Notes: generated by a model from the letters alone, not told the origin. A DNA stretch of 61,177 bases, filler included, from 5 parts of 5 records of this genome joined end to end with filler, not necessarily neighbours in it, one strand, 5' to 3'; shown: positions 1 through 10,399, counted from the first letter of the whole stretch. Program-made: numbers and translations.

Positions 1-2068
1 GTGCAACATTATCCGATAAATCCTCATCGAAATCTTTTATCGCAAAGTACTCAACGTCATCCCTTGACTTGCCGGAAAATGCGTAGACCCCATACCGGTC
101 ACCTATGCTTTCAAGAGCCTGCATCATGATGATAAGCGAATCCTTTTCAACATCGAGTATGCTCTTTTCCTCAAAATTAATGATTTTATGAGTGGAATAG
201 CTGACATCGACAAGAAAAAGAGTTGCAACATCTCTTTCGTGCTTGTCCCATCTGAGATAAAGTCCTTCATCAGGATTGATGCCGCATTTCTTCTGTATCA
301 GGGTATCAATGAAAGCATCAATATCGATCTCAGTTCCATCTGTTTGCTCCTTCATTCTGCGGAATGTTTCCGGTTTCATCCTGCTAAACAGATTTTTGAT
401 CAGGGATATCTCATGCCTGTACTGTTCCATTGCATCCTTGTAGTGCTCACTGGACATACCAAAAGGTTCAACCTCATTGACAGTGCACCAGTCCGCTTTA
501 TAGTCATTGATCACGGCATCCCATTCACCATACGAGTAACTGCCCAGTATATTCCAGTTCTTTTTCTCAGCATAGGTGGGTTGCCTTTTAACCACTTCTT
601 CTTTTAGATATTCCCTTTCTGTTTCAGGTTCAATTTCACTTTCAGGAATGAAATTCATGATTATATTCTCATGTGAGGCGGAGGAAAGAGTGTCTTTTTC
701 CCCATACGCTTTGATGCTCACCCCGCGATAATCGATGTTTTTGATCATTTCATATTCTTTCTGGCTCAAAGGACCTAAAGTATCACCAAGAATGGTATAT
801 ATCTGAAAGGCCGTGCTGATGGAATCAAGCGTTGATGATTCTTTCCGGAAAATACTGTCCTCCAGCAGGATCTTTGTCCTGCCCAGAAGATCCTTTGTAA
901 CTTTGCTGATATTGTAGGCTGGCTCATGACCTATGGATATCCAGAGAAGGGATTCCATGAATTCTTCAAGATTGCCTTCAGGAGCGGTTCTTGTCAGAAG
1001 CATCTGGTATCGTATCCTCTCAAGGTCTTTGCGAACTCCCCTGTAATGCTCCATTATCATGTATTCTACCCTTGCATCTTCCAGAATACCGATTATTGTC
1101 CCTGCTAGTGCCTTGTTTGGAAAAAGGGCTATGATATCAGCTATATTAATTGTGTCTGCATTTTGCATTGTGACCTGAGTTCTTTTTATCACGCTCACAT
1201 ACTTGTTTCTGATATCTGCCATCAGTTCCGATGCACCCTCTCGTTCTATCCAGTGAGAACTAAACTTTGCGTGGCCAACTTCATGCATTATGCTTAGTTT
1301 GTAGATCTTAAAATTGGCTTCAAAATCTCCGTATTTTCGGATATTGGGTGCAAGATAGATTGTCTTGCCTGCAATAACCGGATTTATAGTGTCATTTTCT
1401 TCTTCATCCCTATGAAACATCCTCCGTGAAAGAATGTTGAAATTCTCACCTGACAATCCAAGGGCATAGTACCTGAGAATAGTTGTAATTTCACTGAGGA
1501 TTGCAGATCCTTTCAGTTTTTCAATGAATTTTTTTGAATCATCGGATTGCAGGGTAAAATAAAGTCTTCCTGAGGATGGATCATTTTCAAAGATACCCAT
1601 GCCATTTAAGGCCCACTTTTCAAGTTCACTGACATCCAGATCTTTTAAAAGAGAAGATGAATGGGAAAAATAATCATTAGTAAGATCCTTGTCCATATCA
1701 AATATCTTAATCCCAATGCCTGCCCATTTCCTTATGTATTCAGGATTAGCATTCTCTGCTATATGGGAAAGATTTTCAAAAAACACTCCTGCCAGTGACG
1801 GGTCTTTATCAAGCAGCATACGTGCAGTTTTTAGAAGTTCCCCATGATACGCTGAACTTCCTTTTTCAAGGGTATCAATAAAGTTACTGTAATAAGCTAT
1901 TCCAAAAGCATGGCTCTCTTTTGAGAGCTCTTCACCAATATACACCCATTCATCAAAGTTGTCCTTCATGAGAAGTTTCAAAGCCCGTGATTTGTACTCA
2001 GATATAAGTACATTTTCTTCAGCAGGAACAGTCTGCTTAGTGTTATCTTTTGACAGGATATCTCTCAC
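1..2068 (-). CDS. CbbO/NorD-like VWA-domain protein (probable MoxR AAA+ partner), 3'-truncated at the window edge
   Basis: Hand translation from GTG at 2068 (VRDILSKDNT...). In-frame motifs: HEVGH (1271-1285), ILEDARVEY, YGEWDAVINDYKADWCTV, GTEIDIDA and the MIDAS motif LFLVDVSYS (194-208). Absent from the ORF track, consistent with no stop before the edge. Confidence 0.85.
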   Translation of the reverse strand, partial: MRDILSKDNTKQTVPAEENVLISEYKSRALKLLMKDNFDEWVYIGEELSKESHAFGIAYYSNFIDTLEKGSSAYHGELLKTARMLLDKDPSLAGVFFENLSHIAENANPEYIRKWAGIGIKIFDMDKDLTNDYFSHSSSLLKDLDVSELEKWALNGMGIFENDPSSGRLYFTLQSDDSKKFIEKLKGSAILSEITTILRYYALGLSGENFNILSRRMFHRDEEENDTINPVIAGKTIYLAPNIRKYGDFEANFKIYKLSIMHEVGHAKFSSHWIEREGASELMADIRNKYVSVIKRTQVTMQNADTINIADIIALFPNKALAGTIIGILEDARVEYMIMEHYRGVRKDLERIRYQMLLTRTAPEGNLEEFMESLLWISIGHEPAYNISKVTKDLLGRTKILLEDSIFRKESSTLDSISTAFQIYTILGDTLGPLSQKEYEMIKNIDYRGVSIKAYGEKDTLSSASHENIIMNFIPESEIEPETEREYLKEEVVKRQPTYAEKKNWNILGSYSYGEWDAVINDYKADWCTVNEVEPFGMSSEHYKDAMEQYRHEISLIKNLFSRMKPETFRRMKEQTDGTEIDIDAFIDTLIQKKCGINPDEGLYLRWDKHERDVATLFLVDVSYSTHKIINFEEKSILDVEKDSLIIMMQALESIGDRYGVYAFSGKSRDDVEYFAIKDFDEDLSDNVA

Positions 2069-2252
2069 TCCCGTTTAGTCATCCATGATTCTTTTCAGGA
2101 AATATTGTTTAAAGCCCATATAATTGCTCATATCCATTGTTTTATTGTTTTTTAATCTGATAATTTTTAAAAGAATGGATTGTACATATATATTCCTGAA
2201 CCCAGGTTTACAACAGGTTATATATTCAGTAAGTTTCTATTTCTCATATAAA

Positions 2253-3278
2253 ATGGTAGAGAAGGAAAATATCGTTGGTAACATCAGTTCTATTTTCAAC
2301 AAATACACCGGGAAAGAAGAACTGGAAAGTGAAATAAACCGACTCCAATCACATATAGTTGAGCTGGAGCTGGATGTGAAGACTGCCAACATCAGATATG
2401 AAAAAAATATAGACTCCGAAAAAAGAGCAGTAGCAGCTAAGCAGGAAGCCGAGGAAAAACTAAAAGCTGCTGAGGTCAGGATTCGTACATTTGAACATGA
2501 GCTTGAAAAGCAAAGGGCAGAAAAGCCTGATGATTTGTCTTTTTATCGCGTGGACCTGTTTAGCAGGGAGAAGACACTTGATTTTCTTCAATCAATTTCT
2601 TCATTCAGATCCACATCTGATCAGCTGTTAACGGTACACGTTGCCGCCGGTGAAAACCCGGATAGCATAAAAGGTCATGAACATATAGTTGAGCAACTAG
2701 ACAGCCAGACCCTGGCACTGATGGAAAAAGTAGTTTCTCCAACAGGTTTTGTGTTATTCCATTCTTATGATCATCTTATAAATGAAATAATCATTCCTCC
2801 TTTGCCTGTTAAAAAGACTGGGTGGGACTCAGGCGAATCATTTGATACTTCAGTAATTATTAAGTCCTTAAAAGAAGAGTTAAACGTATGTGTACTCGTA
2901 GCCCATGCAGGAGAGTCTTTTGTTGGTTATTCTACTGACCTGAAGAATTTTGATCCATCCCGGGTAATCAGGAGCAGTGTGAAAGCAAAGCATGCAAAGG
3001 GTGGTTTTAGTCAGAGAAGATTTGAACGCCTGCGGGATGAGGACATTGCACATCATATTGATAAAGTAAAATCCGCACTTAAAGACCTGCTTGAAGAATT
3101 CGAAGCTAGTATAGATTATCTATTAATAGCGGGAGATCAGCAGCTGGCAAAAGAAATCACTGTGGATGTGCCCCTGGAAATTGAACAAATCATTTCTTCA
3201 TCTGATGTCCGTATAGAAAAGCATAATACATCCGATATCCTGAAACGTTTAATGACCTGCCGCCGGTACAGGCTGTAA
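2253..3278 (+). CDS. Archaeal VLRF1 (Vms1/ANKZF1-like, aeRF1-fold) release-factor family protein with N-terminal coiled coil
   Basis: KHAKGGFSQRRFERLR loop and VAHAGES strand; heptad-rich N-terminus. ATG 2253 (MVEKEN) preferred over the track's TTG at 2124. Confidence 0.75.
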   Translation: MVEKENIVGNISSIFNKYTGKEELESEINRLQSHIVELELDVKTANIRYEKNIDSEKRAVAAKQEAEEKLKAAEVRIRTFEHELEKQRAEKPDDLSFYRVDLFSREKTLDFLQSISSFRSTSDQLLTVHVAAGENPDSIKGHEHIVEQLDSQTLALMEKVVSPTGFVLFHSYDHLINEIIIPPLPVKKTGWDSGESFDTSVIIKSLKEELNVCVLVAHAGESFVGYSTDLKNFDPSRVIRSSVKAKHAKGGFSQRRFERLRDEDIAHHIDKVKSALKDLLEEFEASIDYLLIAGDQQLAKEITVDVPLEIEQIISSSDVRIEKHNTSDILKRLMTCRRYRL

Positions 3279-3302
3279 GGTTATCAGAAGGTTGGTTCAA
3301 TC

Positions 3303-3875
3303 ATGGTTAGTAAAGAAGAACTCTGCGGAATAATAGATGCTATGGGAGCTCTCACTGCCGATGAGATATACTTGTCTGCAAAGGAAATGTCCCATATAAG
3401 GGGAAAGGGCGATGTCCCGTTAACGTTGCCTGAGATAAAAAGCATCTGTGAGGAAGCTGAAAAAGAGAATCTAATTGTTGCGGTTTCCTGGGAAGAAGTT
3501 GAAGGTATGGAAGAAAGTGATATTTCCTACTATATATCCGGTCCCAATGCTTTTCCGGAAGTTCCTTTTGAGCTGAGTGAAGTCATAGATATCCTTGAGC
3601 TGACTAAAAGGGAAGTAGACCTTAGCAAAGTATCTGTCAGGATAAGCAGAAACCTTCACCGAAGGATAAAGAACCTGGAAAATAAGATTGAATCCGTAAG
3701 CAAAGGGAAAGTCCATGAATCGGACATGGAAAATATGGAATACAGGTATAGCGACATACTGAATCAGTATTATGACTACGATTTCTGGCTACCGGGAGAT
3801 ATTTCATCCATAGAGGATGAATTAAAAGAGTTAAGCAACAGAATAGAATCCCTGAAGTCGGCACAAGGTATTTGA
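3303..3875 (+). CDS. Hypothetical archaeal protein (acidic, C-terminal coiled coil)
   Basis: 190-aa ORF tightly spaced between the VLRF1 gene and rlmE; no recognised motif. Confidence 0.6.
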   Translation: MVSKEELCGIIDAMGALTADEIYLSAKEMSHIRGKGDVPLTLPEIKSICEEAEKENLIVAVSWEEVEGMEESDISYYISGPNAFPEVPFELSEVIDILELTKREVDLSKVSVRISRNLHRRIKNLENKIESVSKGKVHESDMENMEYRYSDILNQYYDYDFWLPGDISSIEDELKELSNRIESLKSAQGI

Positions 3876-3900
3876 CTTTTAGGTAGTATCAGGTATCCTT

Positions 3901-4674
3901 ATGGCAAGAGACAGACGAGACAAATATTACTGGAAAGCAAAAGATCAGGGATATCGTTCCCGTGCATCATACAAACTTTTCCAGATAAACGAAAAACACC
4001 AGGTCATTAAAGAGGAAGATACCATTGTAGACTTAGGAGCAGCTCCAGGTGGATGGCTGGAAGTTGCAAAAGAAGTATCCGGGGGAAGAGTTGTCGGGGT
4101 AGACCTGAGAAAGATATCTCCAATAGAGGGTGTCGAAACAATCGTAGGTGATATAACTTCTGACAGGACCATTGAGAAGATATTCGGTCTTGTAGGAGAA
4201 GGTGGGGCAGATGTAGTGATATGCGATGCTGCACCAAATTTAAGTGGAAACTGGAGCTACGATCACGCAAGGTCTATTGACCTTACCCGCTCAGCCCTTG
4301 GCTGTGCAAAAAAGATCCTCAAGCCCGGAGGGCATTTTGTTGTAAAGGTCTTCCAGGGTGACATGTTTAAGGAATTTTTAGAAGAGGTTAAAGACAATTT
4401 TACTTATACCCGTTCGTATTCACCTAAAGCCTCACGTTCCCAGAGTGCTGAGATATACGTGATTGGAAAAAAGTTCCTCACTGCTCCGATCAGGCGCGGG
4501 GATGAGTTAGAAGTAGAAATAACTAAACTCGGCTCAAGTGGCGATGGTGCGGTTTTAGTAGATGATTTTGTTGTTTTTGTCAAGGGCGTTGAGCTTGGAG
4601 ATCATGTTAAAATTAAGATCCAGGATGTTAAGCCTAACTTTGCTTTTGCAGATGTTGTTGAGAAGCTGAATTGA
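3901..4674 (+). CDS. rlmE: 23S rRNA Um2552 2'-O-methyltransferase RlmE/FtsJ with C-terminal TRAM domain
   Basis: YRSRASYKL, DLGAAPGGW, CDAAPNLSG, VKVFQG, SRSQSAEIY; C-terminal GDGAV...FVVFVKG TRAM domain. Confidence 0.95.
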   Translation: MARDRRDKYYWKAKDQGYRSRASYKLFQINEKHQVIKEEDTIVDLGAAPGGWLEVAKEVSGGRVVGVDLRKISPIEGVETIVGDITSDRTIEKIFGLVGEGGADVVICDAAPNLSGNWSYDHARSIDLTRSALGCAKKILKPGGHFVVKVFQGDMFKEFLEEVKDNFTYTRSYSPKASRSQSAEIYVIGKKFLTAPIRRGDELEVEITKLGSSGDGAVLVDDFVVFVKGVELGDHVKIKIQDVKPNFAFADVVEKLN

Positions 4675-4760
4675 TTTCAATATTGCTTTGCTATCGGGAA
4701 AGTAAAAAAGAAGGAAAAAGTAAAGAGCATCGCAAGAGAGAAAATACTCAGCCGGTATTT

Positions 4761-5051
4761 TTATCTTTCCTGCAGTGTCTCGACCTCTTCCACAAGTCTC
4801 TTTCCGGCAGCTATCTCGTCTATGCTGTGAACAACAGCTCCAAGTTCTTCGATAGCCTGTTTTATTTCCTCGTAGTCAAGATCCTCGCCTTCTATAGTGA
4901 TTTTGACCGTTTCTGTTTGCTGGTCGACCTCATAAAGACTCAGGTTTACTCCATGCACTCCTGGAAGCACACTAAGTGTTTTGGACAATTCAACAATTGA
5001 TGGATGATGGGGTTTAAGCACATCCAGAACCAATCTTCTAATTCCTGTCAA
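4761..5051 (-). CDS. DUF211 family protein
   Basis: [14 protein letters not shown]...[13 protein letters not shown] signature; TTG start at 5051 inferred. Confidence 0.85.
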   Translation of the reverse strand: MTGIRRLVLDVLKPHHPSIVELSKTLSVLPGVHGVNLSLYEVDQQTETVKITIEGEDLDYEEIKQAIEELGAVVHSIDEIAAGKRLVEEVETLQER

Positions 5052-5210
5052 TTTTTCATCCTTCCTTACTAGAAAGTCATAATTTTTCAAATATTAAATC
5101 TTATGATCATTACTTGTAAAACATTATATTATTTTTGTTTTCCTATGGAATGGTTTTATCTAATTTCAGCACATAAAACAATCCATTCTCATTATTCATG
5201 AGGTATTCCT

Positions 5211-5849
5211 ATGATAGATATGCATACTCATTCTATTTTCAGCGATGGAGAACTCCTTCCCAGTGAACTTGTAAGAAGAGCAGTGGTTCACGGATACAGG
5301 GCAATCGGCATCACTGATCATGCGGATTTTACAAACGTCGAACACATACTGAAAAACGTAAGCAAGGCGAAGTACCTTGAAGAAGAGCTTGACATTCAGG
5401 TAAATGTAGGTGTTGAGATTACCCACGTCCCACCAAGAAAGATAGCTCCCCTGGCAAAAATGGCCAAGGATCTGGGTGCGGATATAGTAGTTGTTCATGG
5501 GGAAACTATAAACGAGCCTGTAATGCCGGGAACTAATGCAGCTTCTGTTGAACTTGCAGATGTGGATATACTTGCCCACCCTGGGTTTATTACACTGGAA
5601 GAAGCTGAGATTGCCAGGGAAAACGATGTCTGTCTTGAGATTACCGCCAGAAACGGTCATAACAGGACTAATGGTCATGTTGCCAGGATCGGTATGGAAG
5701 CCGGTGCAACACTTGTTGTAGATACCGACGCCCACAGCCCGGGAAATCTTATTACAAGGGATTTTGCCCTGAAAGTTGCCATGGGCGCAGGACTTACTGA
5801 AAAGCAGGCAGAAGATATACTGAATAATTCACTTCGATTCCTGAAATGA
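5211..5849 (+). CDS. PHP-domain phosphoesterase (histidinol-phosphatase-like)
   Basis: DMHTHS, ITDH, VHGET, LAHPG and DTDAH motifs; GAGGT RBS upstream. Confidence 0.9.
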   Translation: MIDMHTHSIFSDGELLPSELVRRAVVHGYRAIGITDHADFTNVEHILKNVSKAKYLEEELDIQVNVGVEITHVPPRKIAPLAKMAKDLGADIVVVHGETINEPVMPGTNAASVELADVDILAHPGFITLEEAEIARENDVCLEITARNGHNRTNGHVARIGMEAGATLVVDTDAHSPGNLITRDFALKVAMGAGLTEKQAEDILNNSLRFLK

Positions 5850-5865
5850 AACTTTTCCTGTTGCA

Positions 5866-6513
5866 ATGAAAGGCAGAGTCATAGACATAACAACAGGGAT
5901 CTCGGCAGCAACTCCTGTATACGAAGGAGATCCACTCCCTGATATTGAGAAAATATCCTCAATAGACCTAGATGGATATGCAGTTTCCAGGATTCTTATT
6001 GGGAGCCATACAGGGACACATGTCGATGCTCCTTCTCACATATTTGAAAATGGAAAGACAGTTGATGAGCTTTTGCCGGAATCATTTATGGGTAAAGCAG
6101 TCCTGCTTGACATGTCTGAAGCTCAAGACAATATAACTACTGCTGATCTGCAAAGGTCTTTTGCTCCTTTTATTTATGAAGAAAATGTAGATGTTCTTTT
6201 AATAAAAACTGAAAAACAGGATACTTCAGGCACAGTTTTAGATTCAGAACTGGCTCTTTCAGCAAATGCAGGGAAGTGGATAATTGAACGTGGATTTAGT
6301 GTAATTGGAGTTGATATTCTTTCAGTGGATTCAGAATCCTCCCTACCCAATCATCATCTCTTTCTGAGCAATAGAATTAATATTGTTGAATATTTGCACT
6401 TGTCAGAAGTAGTTGAAGGAGTTTACTATTTTATATGCCTTCCTTTAAAAATATCAGGTTGTGATGGTGCACCTGCTCGTGCAATTCTATTGGATCAATC
6501 ATCTATTGTATAG
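5866..6513 (+). CDS. Cyclase family (kynurenine formamidase-like) protein
   Basis: HTGTHVDAPSH, GVDILSVD, PLKISGCDGAPARA. Confidence 0.9.
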   Translation: MKGRVIDITTGISAATPVYEGDPLPDIEKISSIDLDGYAVSRILIGSHTGTHVDAPSHIFENGKTVDELLPESFMGKAVLLDMSEAQDNITTADLQRSFAPFIYEENVDVLLIKTEKQDTSGTVLDSELALSANAGKWIIERGFSVIGVDILSVDSESSLPNHHLFLSNRINIVEYLHLSEVVEGVYYFICLPLKISGCDGAPARAILLDQSSIV

Positions 6514-6733
6514 TTGGTACTGTTTTCAGTAGTCCTGAGTTTATGGTTTAATTTAAATACTAGATATGCTATATTGGATTATATAATATTCATTAAATAT
6601 TAACTGGCAATAATAACGGTCAAAAAACATTAAATAACAGAATTAATATAGTATAAGTCGTAATATAATACTGTTACACGATTGCTAAAACGTTTCATGA
6701 GGGAATCGCACGAAAGCAAATCAGAAGTATTCA

Positions 6734-7600
6734 ATGCACAGTGATGAACGTGCACAGGTAGGTATAGGTACCCTTATCATATTCATTTCCATGGTACTTG
6801 TGGCAGCAGTAGCCTCGGCTCTTTTAATTAAGACATCGGGTGTTTTACAGCAGAAAGCTTCACAGACCGGTCAGGAGACGACACGTGAAGTCGCTTCTAA
6901 CATGAGAATTGACCGTGTGGAAGGTGAACGCGCTACATATACCACAGTTACAGTTACCAGTGGTACTCCTTCTGCCACCAATATAACATGTGATAAAGGC
7001 GGAATGGTAGAATGGATAGCCTCTTCAGGTTCATTCAACATCTCAGTGGATGGCGGAACTGCAGAAACAGTTGATGAAGGCTCTTATTATGAACACCGCT
7101 TTTCAAGTTCCGGAGCTCACAATTTTACCATAGGTTCCACTACAGGCGCCATTACCGTAAGTGATACTATAGACTATGGTGAGATCACAAAGTTACATAT
7201 CTCTGTATCTTTAGGTCCTGGTAGTGAAGATGTAGATCTGTCCCAGGTGATAGTCTACCTTTCAGATGGTACACATGTTGCCAATGTAAGATATGATATT
7301 TCTGATACCAGTGATGATGTACATAAACCTACAGATGAGTACTTCTCTGTAAGCCCTATACGCTCCCGTGATCAGACCGTGTTCAAAGGCACACAGCCTG
7401 TATTGAGGACCGGAGATATCATGGAGATAGTAGTTGATATCAGGAAAGTATTCCAGGCAGATGACGAAGAATATGATGGTCTCTTGCCAAGAACAGAAGT
7501 TTCTTTCCAGATGAGACCAGAAGCTGGAGCTCTTGTGGTATTCGATTTCACAACACCAGGTGCTTATTTCGATAATAAATACATCCTGCTAAGGTATTAA
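6734..7600 (+). CDS. flaB: Archaellin (ArlB/FlaB family) with an ~80-aa inserted domain
   Basis: Class III signal [23 protein letters not shown]...[14 protein letters not shown]-terminal PRTEV...PEAGA...TTPGAY. Confidence 0.9.
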   Translation: MHSDERAQVGIGTLIIFISMVLVAAVASALLIKTSGVLQQKASQTGQETTREVASNMRIDRVEGERATYTTVTVTSGTPSATNITCDKGGMVEWIASSGSFNISVDGGTAETVDEGSYYEHRFSSSGAHNFTIGSTTGAITVSDTIDYGEITKLHISVSLGPGSEDVDLSQVIVYLSDGTHVANVRYDISDTSDDVHKPTDEYFSVSPIRSRDQTVFKGTQPVLRTGDIMEIVVDIRKVFQADDEEYDGLLPRTEVSFQMRPEAGALVVFDFTTPGAYFDNKYILLRY

Positions 7601-7606
7601 ATATAC

Positions 7607-8200
7607 TTAAAAGCAGGATAATGTATATTTTTTGTCATCCAGGACTAGTTCAAAATTGAATTTACCTTCAATGGGTCCTTCAATAACAACCCCAAGAGTC
7701 CTGTTCAGATCAGAATTATCATCCATAAGCCATTTGCCTGTACTATCAATTGTTCCTTTCCTAAACAAAACCGTGTTGCCAGAATCAAAATGATATCTTT
7801 CCTTAGCACCGTTTCCGTACTGGCAGATTATGGTATTGTTTTCCTGAATCCAGTATGTGTCACTAAGATCTCCATTGTTGTCCGGATCAGGATCAACGCC
7901 AAAAGCAAGATAGCTGACATGTGGCATGGAAAATTCAAGACTGCACATCGAACCGTCCGGACTATTAGGTTCCAGGAGGTTGCGGGGGTATCCGTCCTGT
8001 ATTGACATAAGTTCAACCATGGCATTATTTATCTGCTCATCATCCTTTGTTCCTGAGTATACAGGCGAAAGATTGTTCCATGCAAAAGCCATCAGGAAAA
8101 TAACTGCTCCTGTTATTACCAGATAGAACACCATCTTTAACGGTATTGTGTCAGCACCCCGTGTATCCTCCAAAAAAGAACTTCTCTTAGCCCCCACCAT
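7607..8200 (-). CDS. Putative type IV pilin-like protein (class III signal peptide)
   Basis: FLEDTRG|ADTIPLKMVFYLVITGAVIFLMAFAW: short charged leader, RG cleavage site, then a hydrophobic helix. Confidence 0.55.
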   Translation of the reverse strand: MVGAKRSSFLEDTRGADTIPLKMVFYLVITGAVIFLMAFAWNNLSPVYSGTKDDEQINNAMVELMSIQDGYPRNLLEPNSPDGSMCSLEFSMPHVSYLAFGVDPDPDNNGDLSDTYWIQENNTIICQYGNGAKERYHFDSGNTVLFRKGTIDSTGKWLMDDNSDLNRTLGVVIEGPIEGKFNFELVLDDKKYTLSCF

Positions 8201-8224
8201 ATTTCCCCTTTTTACTTATTATTG

Positions 8225-8779
8225 CTATTGTTCTTTGTCAAGCCATTCCAGGAACTTGTCCAGTGCCCGTCTTCGATGCGACACCGTATTCTTGAACTCA
8301 TCACCAAGTTCCCCGAATGTTTTTCCATTGTAGTCAAAAATAGGATCATATCCAAATCCACCGCTTCCCAGTTCTTCAAACGCTATTTTTCCTTCAACTG
8401 TTCCGGTAAATGTGAGCGGTTCTCCTCCAGGTTCACAATATCCTATAACTGACTTGAACACGGCTTGCCTGTCAGTTTCATTTTCCATAATCTTGAGGAC
8501 TTTCTGATTGCCAAGATTCTTTTCGATATAGGCGGAATAAGGTCCGGGAAATCCGTTAAGTGCAGAAATGAACAAACCTGAATCATCAACAATAACAGGT
8601 ATTCCAAGTTTTTCAGTTGACAGTTTGGCACCGTATGCAGCTATGGGCTCAAGCTCATCTTCCTGAAGCTCAGGATATCCATCGGTGTTCTGTATGACTT
8701 CGTATCCCCTTGATGCAAGAATATCCTTTACTTCCCTGAATTTTCCCTTGTTGCCTGTTACAAATACTATTTTATGCAT
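8225..8779 (-). CDS. rdgB: XTP/dITP diphosphatase (Ham1 family)
   Basis: FVTGNKGKFRE, VDDSGL, GFGYDPIF, SHRRRA. Confidence 0.95.
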   Translation of the reverse strand: MHKIVFVTGNKGKFREVKDILASRGYEVIQNTDGYPELQEDELEPIAAYGAKLSTEKLGIPVIVDDSGLFISALNGFPGPYSAYIEKNLGNQKVLKIMENETDRQAVFKSVIGYCEPGGEPLTFTGTVEGKIAFEELGSGGFGYDPIFDYNGKTFGELGDEFKNTVSHRRRALDKFLEWLDKEQ

Positions 8780-10361
8780 ATCTTCCTCTTTTCTCTATCT
8801 CTTTGACTCTTTTGAGTACTTCATCTGCCTGGTCAAAGTCTTTCCGATAACCTTTGCAGAATGCTTCAATTAATTTCTCATGGTTTTTATGTGTGCTTTC
8901 AAACGTCTGGAACAGGACATGAACATCCACACCCCTGGCTTCGATGCTGCCGTCAAAGAACGAAAGTCCGAAATCTATCATGTATAATTTGTCGTTGAAA
9001 TGCATAAGATTAGATGTTGTCAGGTCACCATGAACAATTCCGGCTTCATGTAACTCAGCCACAAGAACACCTGTCAGTTCACTGAGCTTTTCGTCTATTA
9101 CATGTTTTAGTGCAGTTCCATCCAGGAATTGCATTTTTATCGTGGAGTTCTCAATATCATAGATAATGGGTGTAGGTACTCCTGCCCTTCTGGCTTCTGA
9201 TATAAGTCTGGCTTCGGCTTTTGTTCTTTCTTTTCTTATTCCCTCATCAAGCTCTTTTAAGCGATAGTTCTTTGCTACTCTCTCTTTGATGAGCACGCCA
9301 TCTTCAACCTTCACGACTGCTTCAGCACCACTTGTCAGATGACATGATCTCTTCCTGTCTTCAAAGTCCTTTGGAAGCCATGTAACATCTACATCATCTG
9401 GCCTGAAATTTGGGTTGACATGAGAGTTTGCCACGTCAATTACATTTCCGGAGTCATACATTAAAAGCCCGAGATATGCTATCATTGCACCATTGTCTCC
9501 CATGAAACGTTTTTCCGGTACGTAAAAGGAAGCTCCTCTTTCATTGCACATGATGTCAAGCATTTCCCGAAGTCTCATGTTTGCTCCGACACCACCGGCA
9601 AGAAGCACTTCATTCTTTTCGGTATGTGCAAGCGCACGTTCGGTAACTTCAACAACCATTGCAAAAGCGGTCTCCTGGAAAGAATAGCATACGTCTTCCA
9701 TGGAATTACTTTTCAGAGCCTCTGTTGCAGCAGTGGACAATCCTGAAAAAGAAAGGTCCATTCCTTTGACAACATAAGGAAGTGGAATGTAGTTTTCTGC
9801 CTTTTTTGCAAACTGTTCGATTTGAGGTCCGCCGGGGTGCCCCAGTCCGGCACTCCTTGCAAACTTATCAAAAGCATTTCCAAGTCCTATGTCCAGTGTT
9901 TCTCCGAAAACCCTGTATCTGCCCATTCTGTAAGCCAGTACCTGAGAGTTGGCACCACTGACATAAAGGGTAACAGGATCAGTTGCAGGAGTTTTCCACC
10001 GTCCAACTTCCACATGTGCAAGGCAGTGATTTACACCTACAAGTGGTACATCAAGACTTATTGCCAGCATTCTGGCTGCAGTTGCCACAGTACGAAGGCA
10101 GGCACCAAGCCCGGGTCCCTGGGAAAAAGAAATACCGTCAATTTGTGAAGCATCTACTCCGTTTTTCTTTGCTTCCTCTAAAACTCCCTTGACTACATAG
10201 GAGGCATATTTAGCATGGTGCTGGGCAGCTTCCCTGGGATGTATTCCTCCTGTAGGGGGACTATACATGTCAGAGACCTCTGCAATAACATCATTTTCAT
10301 TAACAATGGCAGCACTAAGGTTCCATGCAGTTCCTTCTATGCCAAGTACTGTTCCTTTCAA
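8772..10361 (-). CDS. kae1: Bifunctional Kae1-Bud32 t6A tRNA modification protein (KEOPS)
   Basis: GIEGTAW, GIHPREAA, VNHCLAH, GDNGAMIA; C-terminal kinase with GAEA, HGDLTTSN, IDFGL and RGRY end. Confidence 0.95.
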   Translation of the reverse strand: MKGTVLGIEGTAWNLSAAIVNENDVIAEVSDMYSPPTGGIHPREAAQHHAKYASYVVKGVLEEAKKNGVDASQIDGISFSQGPGLGACLRTVATAARMLAISLDVPLVGVNHCLAHVEVGRWKTPATDPVTLYVSGANSQVLAYRMGRYRVFGETLDIGLGNAFDKFARSAGLGHPGGPQIEQFAKKAENYIPLPYVVKGMDLSFSGLSTAATEALKSNSMEDVCYSFQETAFAMVVEVTERALAHTEKNEVLLAGGVGANMRLREMLDIMCNERGASFYVPEKRFMGDNGAMIAYLGLLMYDSGNVIDVANSHVNPNFRPDDVDVTWLPKDFEDRKRSCHLTSGAEAVVKVEDGVLIKERVAKNYRLKELDEGIRKERTKAEARLISEARRAGVPTPIIYDIENSTIKMQFLDGTALKHVIDEKLSELTGVLVAELHEAGIVHGDLTTSNLMHFNDKLYMIDFGLSFFDGSIEARGVDVHVLFQTFESTHKNHEKLIEAFCKGYRKDFDQADEVLKRVKEIEKRGRYA

Positions 10362-10399
10362 CTTGATATCTCCGGCGCTAAATGTGCTCCGGATGAATA

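Noticed and set aside
188-1108. Plus-strand ORFs 188-607 and 926-1108
   Set aside because: They lie antisense to the motif-rich VWA protein frame.
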